Below are positions 1-10,082 of a stretch of DNA of 64,000 bases, piece by piece. The DNA lies in NCBI GenBank assembly GCA_049971805.1, contig JBMFKU010000001.1:32001-96000 (forward strand), in the 5' to 3' direction. This stretch comes from Caldisphaera sp. (lineage in GTDB: Archaea; Thermoproteota; Thermoprotei_A; Sulfolobales; Acidilobaceae). The notes under the pieces were generated by a model, which ran no database searches, was not told where the DNA came from, and worked only from the letters and a program-made list of their open reading frames with translations. How positions within the stretch are numbered: position 1 is the first letter of the stretch; every line of letters begins with the position of its first letter. The position numbers were made by a program, and so were the translations under genes.

Positions 1-519
1 GAAGATGGCATGTTAGATATATATCAAATTCTGTTATTTGAACTTAGAAAGTATCTAGAAACAAAATATGAATTTTTTAAAAACAATAAATTTTCGTATA
101 CTTTTCATGGTAGAGATGTCTTTGCACCAACAGTTGCATTATTGGCCAATGAAGAAAATATAGAAAGATTTACCAAAAGGATAAATATAAATGATATAGT
201 TAAATTAAGATTAAGAGATTTTTCTAGGGTTGGAAATTTAATAAAATTAAATGTTATTTATATAGATAAGTTTGGAAATGTGGTATTAAGTTCTAAATTT
301 AATGATTTAAAATTAAGATATGGAGAAAACATAATAATAAAAGTTAATGGCTTAGAAAGAAATGCATTAGTTGGTAAAAGATTTGCGGATGTAAAAAAGG
401 GAGAACTCATATTATATGAAAATAGCTTTGGTTTTGCAGAAATAGCAGAAAATCAGGGAAATGCATCTAAAACATTAAACGTAAATTTTGGTCAAAATAT
501 TTCATTCCTAAGCCTTTAA
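1..519 (+). CDS. SAM hydroxide adenosyltransferase / chlorinase-fluorinase family (DUF62), 5' truncated by window edge
   Basis: TFHGRDVFAP, YIDKFGN and NSFGFAEIA motifs; frame is open to position 1. Confidence 0.85.
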   Translation, partial: EDGMLDIYQILLFELRKYLETKYEFFKNNKFSYTFHGRDVFAPTVALLANEENIERFTKRININDIVKLRLRDFSRVGNLIKLNVIYIDKFGNVVLSSKFNDLKLRYGENIIIKVNGLERNALVGKRFADVKKGELILYENSFGFAEIAENQGNASKTLNVNFGQNISFLSL

Positions 520-586
520 TTATAATGTTTAATTAATGTCAATCTATTAAAAAGTTAATATATTGTTGGCATTCAAATTATTGCAA

Positions 587-1258
587 TTAACTTTTGTGAG
601 TTCTTTTTGAGATGCTCCACTTAATTACCTTAATTATCGTAGAAAAATTCATATACTTAATTGTTGGCCTACAGTTTCCTTCTTTTATTGATTTTATGAT
701 GCTTTCTGGATCGCAGTTTTTTGATTCTATAATTGTTGGTGATGTACCAAGTTCTTGAATTATATGAGCATCACTACCACTAGTTTTAGGCTTTTTATAT
801 TTTTCAGCAAAATCTATGGCTGGCTTGTTTAAAAATAGAATACCTCTAGGATTCCAAACCTCTATTGCATCGAAATCACTTGGATTTTTCTTCATATAGA
901 AACCTATGCTTTTCCTTCCTACATGAAATGGATGAGCGGCAATGGTTATACAATTATTATACTTTGCCCACTCATGCAACTCATGAGGATCTCTTGGTGG
1001 TTCTTCATAGGGTAACTTAGCACATAATACTAGCACATCCCCTTTATAAGTTCTTACTTCATTAGCTGGAATCACGCTCAAATTCAAATCCAACTTTTTA
1101 GCTGCTTCAATAGCTATTGCCGATCCTCTAAATGTATTATGATCAGATAAGGCTATTGCCGAAAGACCTAAATAAACAGCTCTTAATAAAATTTCTTCTG
1201 GAGTGGGTTTACCATCACTAATTGAGCTGTGCGAATGAAGCTCAGCAATGCATGGCAA
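587..1258 (-). CDS. PHP-domain metal-dependent phosphoesterase
   Basis: LHSHS..SDG, SDHN, AHPF and GSDAH motifs. Confidence 0.85.
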   Translation of the reverse strand: MPCIAELHSHSSISDGKPTPEEILLRAVYLGLSAIALSDHNTFRGSAIAIEAAKKLDLNLSVIPANEVRTYKGDVLVLCAKLPYEEPPRDPHELHEWAKYNNCITIAAHPFHVGRKSIGFYMKKNPSDFDAIEVWNPRGILFLNKPAIDFAEKYKKPKTSGSDAHIIQELGTSPTIIESKNCDPESIIKSIKEGNCRPTIKYMNFSTIIKVIKWSISKRTHKS

Positions 1259-1340
1259 TTTTATTACCTATTTATTATTACTGAATAAAGTTCTTATTCT
1301 TATTAATATATAACCTTTTTTACTTAATATCTATTCTCTA

Positions 1341-1402
1341 ATATGATGAAGAAATTGCTTTACTGAGCAAAATGCAATGAAGATTGGACTCGATTGCTGA
1401 AA
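1341..1402 (+). ncRNA. box C/D sRNA (2'-O-methylation guide)
   Basis: C box ATGATGA 1343-1349, 13-nt guide, D' CTGA 1363-1366, C' ATGAAGA, 13-nt guide, D CTGA 1397-1400; intergenic with T-rich TATA-like element upstream. Confidence 0.75.
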
Positions 1403-1474
1403 CACAAGTCTATAACATTTAATTTATTTTTTCTCTCGAGGAAACCGGTGAGAATAGGTCTAAGGGTAAATGCT

Positions 1475-2611
1475 ATGGAAATAGTATCAACAATAATAAA
1501 GGCTTTTATAATAATAATTTCATTATCTATAGTAGCAATATTTTTGTATGGAATTAAGAATATAGTTAAAAGCATGAAATCCTTTATTAATATAGAAAAA
1601 TATGATGGTAAGAAAAGTAAGGTTTCTATAGTAATACCAGCTAGGAATGAGGAGAAAAACCTAGAAGATATGTTGTTTAGCATGACAAGAATTAAGAATG
1701 AAATAATAGACAAAATTATTTTAGTAAATGATAGGAGCACTGATCTTACAGAAGAAATAATAAAAAAATATATGAATCTTGATAAAAGAATCGAGTTAAT
1801 TAGCATTTCGAATCTACCCAAATCATGGTTTCCAAAACCATATGCACTATATTTGGCAACTAGGAAAGTACCTATCGGTGATGTCATATTATTTTTAGAT
1901 GCTGATGTTAAAGGGGATTACGATAAAATTGTAGATATTTCTTCAAGAACAAAGGAAGGACAAATAATTTCATTTGTTCCTTATTTTTATTGTAATAAAT
2001 TTTATTGTTATACATCACAATCTCTCTTATCAGCTTTAATGGTTGGTTATTTCGGATACAACAGAACTATAAATAAAAATGATAGGTTTGGCTTATTATT
2101 TGGTTGCTGCTTTTCTATAAGGCCATATACATATAATGAAATAGGTAGTCATGCATCAGTAAAAAAAGAGCTTGTTGAAGATAAACAATTAGCTACTAAT
2201 GCAAAATCTAAGAATGTTAGAATTTTGTATGTAGATAGTAGAAAATTTATATATACAAAATCTTGGGATAATTACTATAGCATAAAAAATTTATTATCTA
2301 GATTATTTTATGACTATGCAAAAAATATCAAATCAATTAGCTTTTATCTATTGTTTATTGGGCTTCTTTTACTATTTTATTTTCCCTATATTTTTATCCC
2401 TCTTTTAATATTTAAGCAATTATTCTTAAGTGTGATTGTTCTAATATCGTTTTTTATAGAGAATATATTTATTTACATAGGAGGGCTAACAAACAATATA
2501 AGAAAACCTTATAGCTTATTATATTTTATCTCGGCTTATATTTTATTGATAGCTCTATTAGAATCTAAGTATAGGGGCGTTGTGTGGAAGGGGACAAGTT
2601 ATAAGCTATAG
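1475..2611 (+). CDS. membrane glycosyltransferase family 2 (CrtQ/HpnB-like)
   Basis: SIVIPARNEE, VNDRSTD, FLDAD, ED motif, N- and C-terminal TM helices; ATG 1475 preferred to TTG 1394, which overlaps the sRNA. Confidence 0.8.
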   Translation: MEIVSTIIKAFIIIISLSIVAIFLYGIKNIVKSMKSFINIEKYDGKKSKVSIVIPARNEEKNLEDMLFSMTRIKNEIIDKIILVNDRSTDLTEEIIKKYMNLDKRIELISISNLPKSWFPKPYALYLATRKVPIGDVILFLDADVKGDYDKIVDISSRTKEGQIISFVPYFYCNKFYCYTSQSLLSALMVGYFGYNRTINKNDRFGLLFGCCFSIRPYTYNEIGSHASVKKELVEDKQLATNAKSKNVRILYVDSRKFIYTKSWDNYYSIKNLLSRLFYDYAKNIKSISFYLLFIGLLLLFYFPYIFIPLLIFKQLFLSVIVLISFFIENIFIYIGGLTNNIRKPYSLLYFISAYILLIALLESKYRGVVWKGTSYKL

Positions 2612-3491
2612 TTCAATAAATTTGATTGAATCTTTATATAATATTAGGCTTCCTGACCTGCCTACGTGATATCTGCTAGAAAATACTGTTATAACGGATC
2701 CTTCCATTGTATCATAATAAAATTCTTTATTATTAGGAACCTTATTTATATATGTACCATCAGCTTTCCATATATGTACTCCATCTACAACTTCATGACC
2801 TCTTATTATTAATTTTAAATTATTTTCTTTTAAAAACTTATTCCATGCATATCTCCCATAATAATAAACACCTTCGCCTCTAACATTGTTGTTTTCAAAC
2901 CATTTTACATATCCGTCTGGATCATTCCATAGCATCTGAAAAATAATTTTATTTTCTAAATTTAGATATTCATTACTTAATTTAATATTTTTCAATGAAT
3001 TTAAATAGTCAATTTTTAAACTTAAGCTCTTATTTTTGCAATCAATGCATGGAATTCCTCCATGAACAAAAAAATATCTTATCGTTATTTACTGAAATGG
3101 AAAGGGATGAGTATATTTGTCTTAAATAATTTATAGATTCCTTTCCAAGCTTTGATAGTATTTCATCATAAAAACCATAGTATTGGTTCATCTCTATGCT
3201 TTCATGATTACCTCTTAAAATAAATATTTTATTCGGTTCTTCGTTATAAAGCCTTAGTATTTCCTCTAATACTTCTAATCCTTCGTATCCTCTATCAACA
3301 TAATCCCCCAAAAGTACCGCTATTTTAATTCCATACTCATCTAAAATTTCTTCAAATCTTTCAACTACATCATAATATCCATGAATATCTCCTATAACTA
3401 ATATAGGGTAATCATCTCTCAAGTTAATGTGAATTGGGCTTTTTGCTTGCTTTTCTATTGCATTTTCTACTATTTTTTTAAATTCCAGCAT
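2606..3491 (-). pseudogene. PPP-family Ser/Thr protein phosphatase, split by a +1 frameshift in a T7 run
   Basis: GDIHG, GDYVDRG and LRGNHE in 3042-3491; VHGGIP continues in the other frame right after the A7 at 3068-3074 and runs in frame into LWNDP, IIRGHE and TVFS of ORF 2606-2995. Confidence 0.85.
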
Positions 3492-3563
3492 TTATTTTCT
3501 CCCCCTTCATTTATTATTTTAAAATAGCAATTTAACTTTATATTTATTTTTAAATTATTAAAT

Positions 3564-5012
3564 TTATAATAAATTTATTGAAATTATTTTAGTTTCTGTC
3601 ATAGTCTCTATTGTTGATCTAATACCTTCTCTCCCTCCTATTCCACTTAGCTTTACTCCTCCAAATGGCAAAGAATCCCATCTTAATCTTGGTGAATCAT
3701 TAATCATAACTCCTCCAACCCTAAGCTTCTCAGCAATTTTTAATGATCTTTTAATATCTTTTGAAAATATGGCCGCTTGCAAACCATAGTTGGTGCTGTT
3801 AGCTATATTTATTGCTTCTTCATCATTGCTAAACGAAATTATAGGCGCTATTGGTCCAAACACCTCTTCTTTCATTATAAAAGAATCAATGCTTGCTTTG
3901 GAAATAACTGTTGGTTCAAAATAATAGCCTGGCAAATTAATTCTTTTACCTCCCGTTTCAAGCTTACCTCCTTTGTTTATAGCATCTAAAACAAATTGTT
4001 CCATTTTATTTAATGCATCATTTGAAATTATGGGACCTAAATCGGTTGATTCGTTTAAAGGATCATCAGTCTTCAATAAAATTGTTTTCTTTACAAAACT
4101 ATTTACAAATTTTTCATATATTCTTTCATGAACAATTATTCTCTTGCCAGCATTGCAATTTTGCCCTGCATATTCAAATCTTGCCCTCACACTAATATTA
4201 ATTGCATTATCGATATCGGCATCGTCCAATACTATAATTGGATCAGAACCACCCATTTCTAGCATCAATTTTTTAGCTTTTCTTATAGCTTTAGCTGCAA
4301 TTGTTATTCCTGTTGTTGTAGAACCTGTAAAAGTAATACCTGAGATATTATCATTATTGATTAGTTGATCTCCTACTTCTGAGTTACCAGGCAAAACACT
4401 TAACGCTTCTTTAGGCAATCCTGCTTTATATAATATTTTACCCATTTCAATGGCAGTTAAAGGCGTGTATGGGGATGGTTTAACAATAACGGAATTTCCT
4501 GCCATTATATTTGGTGCAACCTTATGGGCAAATGAATTTGCAGGAAAATTAAAAGGTAATATTGCAGCAATAATTCCAATGGGTTCTTTTTTCTCTAAAA
4601 CCAATCTATTTTCATTACCTGGTGGATAATCATACGCATCAACCCTATGTATCTTTCCTTCTAAAACAAATCTTGCTTCTTCTGCTGATGCTCTAAATAG
4701 ATAGATAGATCTCATAACTTCAATCCTTGAATCCTTTATAGGTTTTCCGCTCTCCAGTGAGAGTAATTTAGATAAATCTTCCTTTTGTTTTTCTATAAGC
4801 TCAGAAGCGCTATAAATTATTTTAGCTCTATCCTTTAATGGCATTGAGGACAACCTTTCAAAACCTTTTACACCACAAGAAATTGCTTCTTTAACGGTAT
4901 CTTTATTTGCAAAAGAAACCTTATCAATTAATAAATTGAAATTTCCAGGAGATCTTATTTCTTTATAGATGCCCGTATCTATCTCATTTCCTGCAAGAAG
5001 TATCCCTTTCAT
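3564..5012 (-). CDS. NAD(P)-dependent aldehyde dehydrogenase
   Basis: PFNFP, FTGS, LEMGG, GQNC, EEVFGP and PFGGVK motifs. Confidence 0.92.
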   Translation of the reverse strand: MKGILLAGNEIDTGIYKEIRSPGNFNLLIDKVSFANKDTVKEAISCGVKGFERLSSMPLKDRAKIIYSASELIEKQKEDLSKLLSLESGKPIKDSRIEVMRSIYLFRASAEEARFVLEGKIHRVDAYDYPPGNENRLVLEKKEPIGIIAAILPFNFPANSFAHKVAPNIMAGNSVIVKPSPYTPLTAIEMGKILYKAGLPKEALSVLPGNSEVGDQLINNDNISGITFTGSTTTGITIAAKAIRKAKKLMLEMGGSDPIIVLDDADIDNAINISVRARFEYAGQNCNAGKRIIVHERIYEKFVNSFVKKTILLKTDDPLNESTDLGPIISNDALNKMEQFVLDAINKGGKLETGGKRINLPGYYFEPTVISKASIDSFIMKEEVFGPIAPIISFSNDEEAINIANSTNYGLQAAIFSKDIKRSLKIAEKLRVGGVMINDSPRLRWDSLPFGGVKLSGIGGREGIRSTIETMTETKIISINLL

Positions 5013-5099
5013 TTTTCCACCATATTAAATTTCTAAGCTTAAACTTAAATTTTTTAACAATATCAATAAATATTATAATGTAGCTTTGAAAATTTTTCC

Positions 5100-5410
5100 T
5101 ATCAAGGAGGGATAGAAAGTTATCTTGTTAAATATTCATTTGTTTAACTTTATCGGAGAGAACTTTCCCTATGTAAGAGTGAAGCGGTTCATTTCTTTTT
5201 ATTTATCCTAACCTTCAGTTCAATTGAGGGCTTAACAAACTGAGAAGGGCATCAAATTATCAGATATAGAAATGCTCTATTATGAATCTCCATTTAAAGA
5301 GTGGAGGTCATATGTTTCAACCCTAAATGATGCATGTAAATCCTAGCAGATAATGAGACGAAAAACCTAAAGGGATATCTTAAATATTAGAGCTGGAGAA
5401 AATCACTACA
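5100..5410. mobile_element. decayed IS200/IS605/IS607-type (tnpB 3'/right-end) relic(s)
   Basis: Non-coding gap richer in GC than other spacers; GATGCATGTAAATCC...AGAGCTGGAGAAAATCAC resembles crenarchaeal tnpB tails; minus-strand CTTACATAGGGAAAG resembles the repeat at 6883/20664. Confidence 0.4.
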
Positions 5411-5474
5411 TAAAATTCTGTTTATAATTTTATGCTATAAAAACAAGGGCAAATTCTTTTATATGGGCAAAGAA

Positions 5475-6647
5475 TTATTGAGAGGATTTTATAATTTCAT
5501 TAAGATATTTTAATCCATTATCTGGCAATATGCATATATAATCACCCTTTTCTATTAGCCCTTCATTATATGCCTTAATTATACCGGCTAAAACCGCACC
5601 GCTACTTAAACCAGGTATTATCCCGTTATGTTTAGCAACTTTTTTTAAGGCACTTATAGCATCATTTTTTGAAACATCTAAAATTAAGTCTGGCTTTTCT
5701 TTAGTTAACCACCAATCATCAAAGTTCTGCCTTTTTATACCTGGTATAGGACTATTTTCTTTTGGTTGAACACCAAATACCTTTATATTGTTATCCCTAT
5801 TGTGAAAGTAAAATGAAATGCCAGCTATATGCCCTCCTGTACCCATAGAAGCAAAAATTCCTTTGATTTTAATTTTACCATATCTAGCTTGGTATTCTAT
5901 TTCCTTTGAGGTATACCTTATATGAACTAATACATTAAATATATTTTTAAACTGATTAGGTACAAAAGCATTGTCTTTAACAGCTTCATCAATTACTTTT
6001 TTAATCAAGTCATTTGTTGTTTCTCCTTCAACAACTGCTATTGATCCTAAAATTTCCAAAACCTTTAGAGCATATTCTGGAGCTCCTTTTGGAATAAAAA
6101 TCTTGGATTTTTTATTTAATATTGATGATATTGCTGCTAATGCTATGCCTGTATTTGCCGATGTTACTTCATAAATAAACTCTTTGTTTTTAATTTCTTC
6201 TTTGCTATTTTCTATAATGTACCATGCTGTTCTATCCTTTATGCTTTGGCTAAACGGATTATACCACTCAAGCTTAGCCCAAATATTTATATCATTGTTT
6301 TCTATAATATTATTTAGCTTAACAATAGGTGTTGGTTTATCCTTATTTACTAACTCTAATGTATTGTTATAGACCCTAATTCCAGGATCAGAAATTTCAT
6401 CATAATAGCCTAAGAATTCTATTGAAATATTTACTTCTTCTTCTTTGTCAGAAACTAAGATAAGTTTAGCACCTAAAAGTTTAAGAGCCCAAAATGTGTC
6501 TTCATTTTTTATTATCTTGTTGTTTTCATTTATCACAACTGTGTATCTTTGTGTATTTCCTTTTAATATTTCTTTTATTCTATCAATTATTTTATCATAG
6601 TCAGCCATGTTTGCCTTTAGATTGTCGATATTTTCCACCTTAGCCAT
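5475..6647 (-). CDS. PLP-dependent cysteine synthase / O-phosphoserine sulfhydrylase with N-terminal extra domain
   Basis: KLEWYNPFSQSIKDR, TSANTG, NQF, GTGGH and SSGA motifs; GAGGT RBS before ATG 6647. Confidence 0.85.
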   Translation of the reverse strand: MAKVENIDNLKANMADYDKIIDRIKEILKGNTQRYTVVINENNKIIKNEDTFWALKLLGAKLILVSDKEEEVNISIEFLGYYDEISDPGIRVYNNTLELVNKDKPTPIVKLNNIIENNDINIWAKLEWYNPFSQSIKDRTAWYIIENSKEEIKNKEFIYEVTSANTGIALAAISSILNKKSKIFIPKGAPEYALKVLEILGSIAVVEGETTNDLIKKVIDEAVKDNAFVPNQFKNIFNVLVHIRYTSKEIEYQARYGKIKIKGIFASMGTGGHIAGISFYFHNRDNNIKVFGVQPKENSPIPGIKRQNFDDWWLTKEKPDLILDVSKNDAISALKKVAKHNGIIPGLSSGAVLAGIIKAYNEGLIEKGDYICILPDNGLKYLNEIIKSSQ

Positions 6648-6739
6648 ATGTATGACCTCTACTCCGCCATTAACAGTAGATACCAAAGTCTTTTTAAAAT
6701 GATCTTATTAAATAATAATATGAAATAAAAATAGAAAGG

Positions 6740-6835
6740 CTTATGGCAAGGGAAGCCCAGTATCATTATTGAGGTAATACCACTATGACAAAACAAATGA
6801 CAAGCTTCAACCCTTCTAGGGGGCAGGGTAATGAT
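6740..6835 (+). mobile_element. decayed IS605-like right-end fragment
   Basis: AAGCTTCAACCCTTCTAGGGGCAGGGTA resembles the subterminal hairpin of IS200/IS605 right ends. Confidence 0.35.
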
Positions 6836-6882
6836 TTTAAGGTTTGTTTTTTAAATAATTAGATAAACACTAGCCATCAAAT

Positions 6883-7075
6883 GGGTATTCTTCACTATAT
6901 AAGGTAAGCCTCTACTCGTTACAAAATTAAAAAAGGAGGGCGAGATTTCTTCCTTAGGTCAAATAAAGATGAGAGAGTGAGAAACGAATTTACTCACATA
7001 GGAAGGAATCAGAGTAGCCTATAGAAACCCTCAAGACCTCAGGAACTAAAGCTCTTTAGGGCATGGAGAAGTCAG
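6883..7075 (+). mobile_element. orphan IS607-type right end (MITE-like), copy 1 of ~190-bp repeat
   Basis: Colinear with 20664-20856: shared blocks AGGTAAGCCTCTAC, AGGTCAA.TAAAGATGAG, CACATAGG.AGGAATCAGAGTAG and GGAACTAA. Confidence 0.75.
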
Positions 7076-7277
7076 ATTGTTAATGTACACAATGTTGATC
7101 TTAAAAATATTCATTAATGTTATAGATCTATTTTCAAGGAGGTAAACTTTTACTGTAAAAAGGCAAGTTTGTTTATACTTTATCACTCAATTATTTTTTG
7201 TATATTTTGGGTTTTTAAATAACCGATTATATTCTCTATTTAGGAAATGTTTAAAACCTTCCTTATTTAGAGAATTT

Positions 7278-8714
7278 TTGGGGACAAAAATGAGCCCAAA
7301 AGAAGAAATATTAAAAAATGTAAGAAAGAGATTATCTTATTATAGATCTTTAGGAGCAGATCCTCTTTCACTTGCCACCGGATGTGCAGTAAAGGTAGAT
7401 CTATTAAGAGTAGTTTATCCAGCTATGGAAAAAATTAAACCATACCTAACAAACAAAAACATAGAAATTGCTGATAGGGAAGATGCTGATGTATTTTTAG
7501 GGGATCCTGGATCAGTCGAACTTCACAGAAGAATTATGAGATTAGGAGAAAGGAATGAAATGAATTTAAAATTTAGCAATAATATAAGGGCAATAATTTT
7601 AGTTCAGGTATATCAATTAGCAGCTGATGAACCAGAAAAATTCATTAAAAAGATATTGCCAGTATATGAAAGCATATGTAATTGTGCACCATCAATAAAT
7701 ATAGGTAAAGGTCATTCTATTGTAACTCCTTTTAGGGAGGATGAATTTATGCTAATTGATTTGATATCATATGAAAAAGGTGATAAAATAATAGCAGCAA
7801 ATAATGACACTATGCATATAATAGATCCAACTAATAGCCCATCTGATTATAGGCAAGTATCTGGATCCATATCTAATTCATTAAATGATTTATTTGTTAT
7901 AGGGGCATACAAAGATTTGAGAATTTCACCGGTATTAAACGCACCTACAGAAGAACTGAAAGAGAAGTTAATTAAAAACACCAAAAGGTTTGCAAATGAA
8001 ATAGGTGCACAGATGATTGATGTAGAACAGCCAAAAAGGGGAAGACTCTTATTGGGAGCAACTGTATTGGCTAACAGCGATAAGAAACCTCCAATGTTTC
8101 ATAAACATGCAGATAAAGGCATGAGGATTATTGCAACAAGACCATTTGGAGAATTAGCTCCTATAACAACCTTTCTCTCAACAACCGTAGATGAAACAAT
8201 AATAGATGAATTGCAACAAAAAGGAATTGAATTAGATTACTTAGAAAAGATAAAAGAAAATGCAGTAAATATAATATCAGCACCTAATAAAGGAATGGGA
8301 GAAGTTATATCAAAATATCTGCCTGAATTAAATGAAGAATTTAGAAAAGACCAGCATATTGTTGCAACAACAGATGTTACAGGGCCAGGAATTTTTGTTG
8401 TATGGGAAGTATCTAAGCTAACAAACACACATATAAAGTTATATAATTTTCCATTGCTTTTCCCTGAAATATCTGAATTTGCTACAGAAAAATTCTTAAT
8501 GCCGAATGCAACTGCAGGAACAAATGGGGGATTTATAATAGTTTCTCCAGAGGAAATATATGAAGATGTAATCAAAGATCTTAGATACAAAGGATATATG
8601 CCATCAGTTATAGGAGAGATTATAGAAAGGGGTAAACAAGAGGTTGAAGCACCTAAAGAAATAACAAAATACGTACTAGACCAAGAAATATTAAATAAGT
8701 TCAAACTATATTAA
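7278..8714 (+). CDS. SelD-like (AIR synthase superfamily) putative sulfur-metabolism protein
   Basis: GCAVKV, NSLND, TDVTGPG and GTNGG motifs; likely start ATG 7290. Confidence 0.85.
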   Translation: MGTKMSPKEEILKNVRKRLSYYRSLGADPLSLATGCAVKVDLLRVVYPAMEKIKPYLTNKNIEIADREDADVFLGDPGSVELHRRIMRLGERNEMNLKFSNNIRAIILVQVYQLAADEPEKFIKKILPVYESICNCAPSINIGKGHSIVTPFREDEFMLIDLISYEKGDKIIAANNDTMHIIDPTNSPSDYRQVSGSISNSLNDLFVIGAYKDLRISPVLNAPTEELKEKLIKNTKRFANEIGAQMIDVEQPKRGRLLLGATVLANSDKKPPMFHKHADKGMRIIATRPFGELAPITTFLSTTVDETIIDELQQKGIELDYLEKIKENAVNIISAPNKGMGEVISKYLPELNEEFRKDQHIVATTDVTGPGIFVVWEVSKLTNTHIKLYNFPLLFPEISEFATEKFLMPNATAGTNGGFIIVSPEEIYEDVIKDLRYKGYMPSVIGEIIERGKQEVEAPKEITKYVLDQEILNKFKLY

Positions 8715-8723
8715 TTATAATAA

Positions 8724-8999
8724 TTGGGTGAAATTATGGAATCTTGTTTAAAAATAATAGTAAAGGGTAAAGTACAAGGAGTTGGATTTAGACACTTTAT
8801 TTGGTCAAATGCTAACAGGCTTAGTCTTAAAGGTTATGCTAAAAATTTGCCAGATGGGAGCGTCGAGATAGTTGCAAGCGGGTCAAATGATAATTTAAAC
8901 AAATTAATAGATGTAATTAAATCAAGTTTTTTTGAGGTATCAGATATTAACGCTAAGCCAAATGAAAATTGTAATTTTCGCGATTTTAGAAAACTATAG
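8724..8999 (+). CDS. acyP: acylphosphatase
   Basis: GKVQGVGFR and [12 protein letters not shown] motifs. Confidence 0.92.
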   Translation: MGEIMESCLKIIVKGKVQGVGFRHFIWSNANRLSLKGYAKNLPDGSVEIVASGSNDNLNKLIDVIKSSFFEVSDINAKPNENCNFRDFRKL

Positions 9000-9260
9000 G
9001 TGGGGATAATGAAGAAAATAGATCTGACCAATTTAGATTGCCCAGAACCAATGGTTTTAGCATATAGAGAATTAAGTAAATTGGATCAAGGAGAAGAGGT
9101 AGAGATAATAATGGATAATGAGGATTGTGCATACAGTTCATATAATTTAATAAAGAACAGCGGTGTTGCTCTAGTAACGATAGTCAATGAAACAAACAAA
9201 TTATATAAGTTGCATGTTATAAAGCTAAGAGATCTTAGAAATTCTATGTTTGCTCTATAA
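9000..9260 (+). CDS. SirA/TusA-like sulfur carrier
   Basis: IDLTNLDCPEP (CPxP) motif; ~85 aa. Confidence 0.85.
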   Translation: MGIMKKIDLTNLDCPEPMVLAYRELSKLDQGEEVEIIMDNEDCAYSSYNLIKNSGVALVTIVNETNKLYKLHVIKLRDLRNSMFAL

Positions 9261-9261
9261 A

Positions 9262-9726
9262 TTAAACAAATTTATTTTTAACTAAATTATTTACTTGACT
9301 TATATAGTTTTTGATATATAATTCTGCATATGGCCTGACCATATCTATAACTTCCTTTGCCTCGTTATCATCTAAATCATGCCTGCTATGTTTTCTGTAA
9401 TTTTCTAGATCCCATCTAGGTATTACGTGTACATGAAAGTGAAAAATAACTTGACCAGCAGCCTCACCACTATTAGTTAAAACGTTAACCCCTAATGCAT
9501 TAAGATTTATCCTATAAATTTTTGCTAATGCGGATGCAGCCAACCATGTTTTTGCTAACACATTAGGAGGGGTATCTTGAATTCCTTCATAATGCTCTCT
9601 AGGAATTACCAATAGATGTCCTTTAGATACAGGTTTTTTATCCAATATGACTAATAAATCTTCATCTTCATATATCTTATAGGCTGGCAGTTTTCCCGAA
9701 GATATTTCGCAAAATATGCAATCCAA
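9262..9726 (-). CDS. HIT-family hydrolase
   Basis: CIFC, GHLLVIP and HFHVHVIPR motifs. Confidence 0.93.
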   Translation of the reverse strand: MDCIFCEISSGKLPAYKIYEDEDLLVILDKKPVSKGHLLVIPREHYEGIQDTPPNVLAKTWLAASALAKIYRINLNALGVNVLTNSGEAAGQVIFHFHVHVIPRWDLENYRKHSRHDLDDNEAKEVIDMVRPYAELYIKNYISQVNNLVKNKFV

Positions 9727-9800
9727 TTTATTCGCCCTAATACTTAAAAATGTATTGAAATATATTAACCTAAACCTTTAATTTTAAATATGTGTTACTT

Positions 9801-10082
9801 ATGAGTAAAAGAAGAGGTGTATTAAAAGATATATTGGGAAAAGCAGTTTATGGTGAAAAAGAAGAATATTTGATAACATACTTAGACAGAAGCTTAGAGC
9901 ATGGTTCTAGGGAGTTAAAAATATCATCAAGCAGAGTAATAGCTGTTAGCAATTGGGCAATAACCCTTGATGATAATGAAACAGTTATACCTTTGCACAG
10001 AATATTAGAAATTAGAGAAAAGAATGGAAAAATTTTGTGGAGAAAAGGTGAAAAATATGAGCTCCACGATAAAAGGAATTGA
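9801..10082 (+). CDS. DUF504 / MJ1316-like RNA-end recognition domain protein
   Basis: ITYLDR and IPLHRILEI...GKILWRK signature. Confidence 0.75.
   Translation: MSKRRGVLKDILGKAVYGEKEEYLITYLDRSLEHGSRELKISSSRVIAVSNWAITLDDNETVIPLHRILEIREKNGKILWRKGEKYELHDKRN

Noticed and set aside
7278-8714. Selenocysteine machinery or selenoprotein
   Set aside because: The active-site residue is Cys (TGT) with no in-frame TGA; it matches the SelD-like family rather than true SelD.
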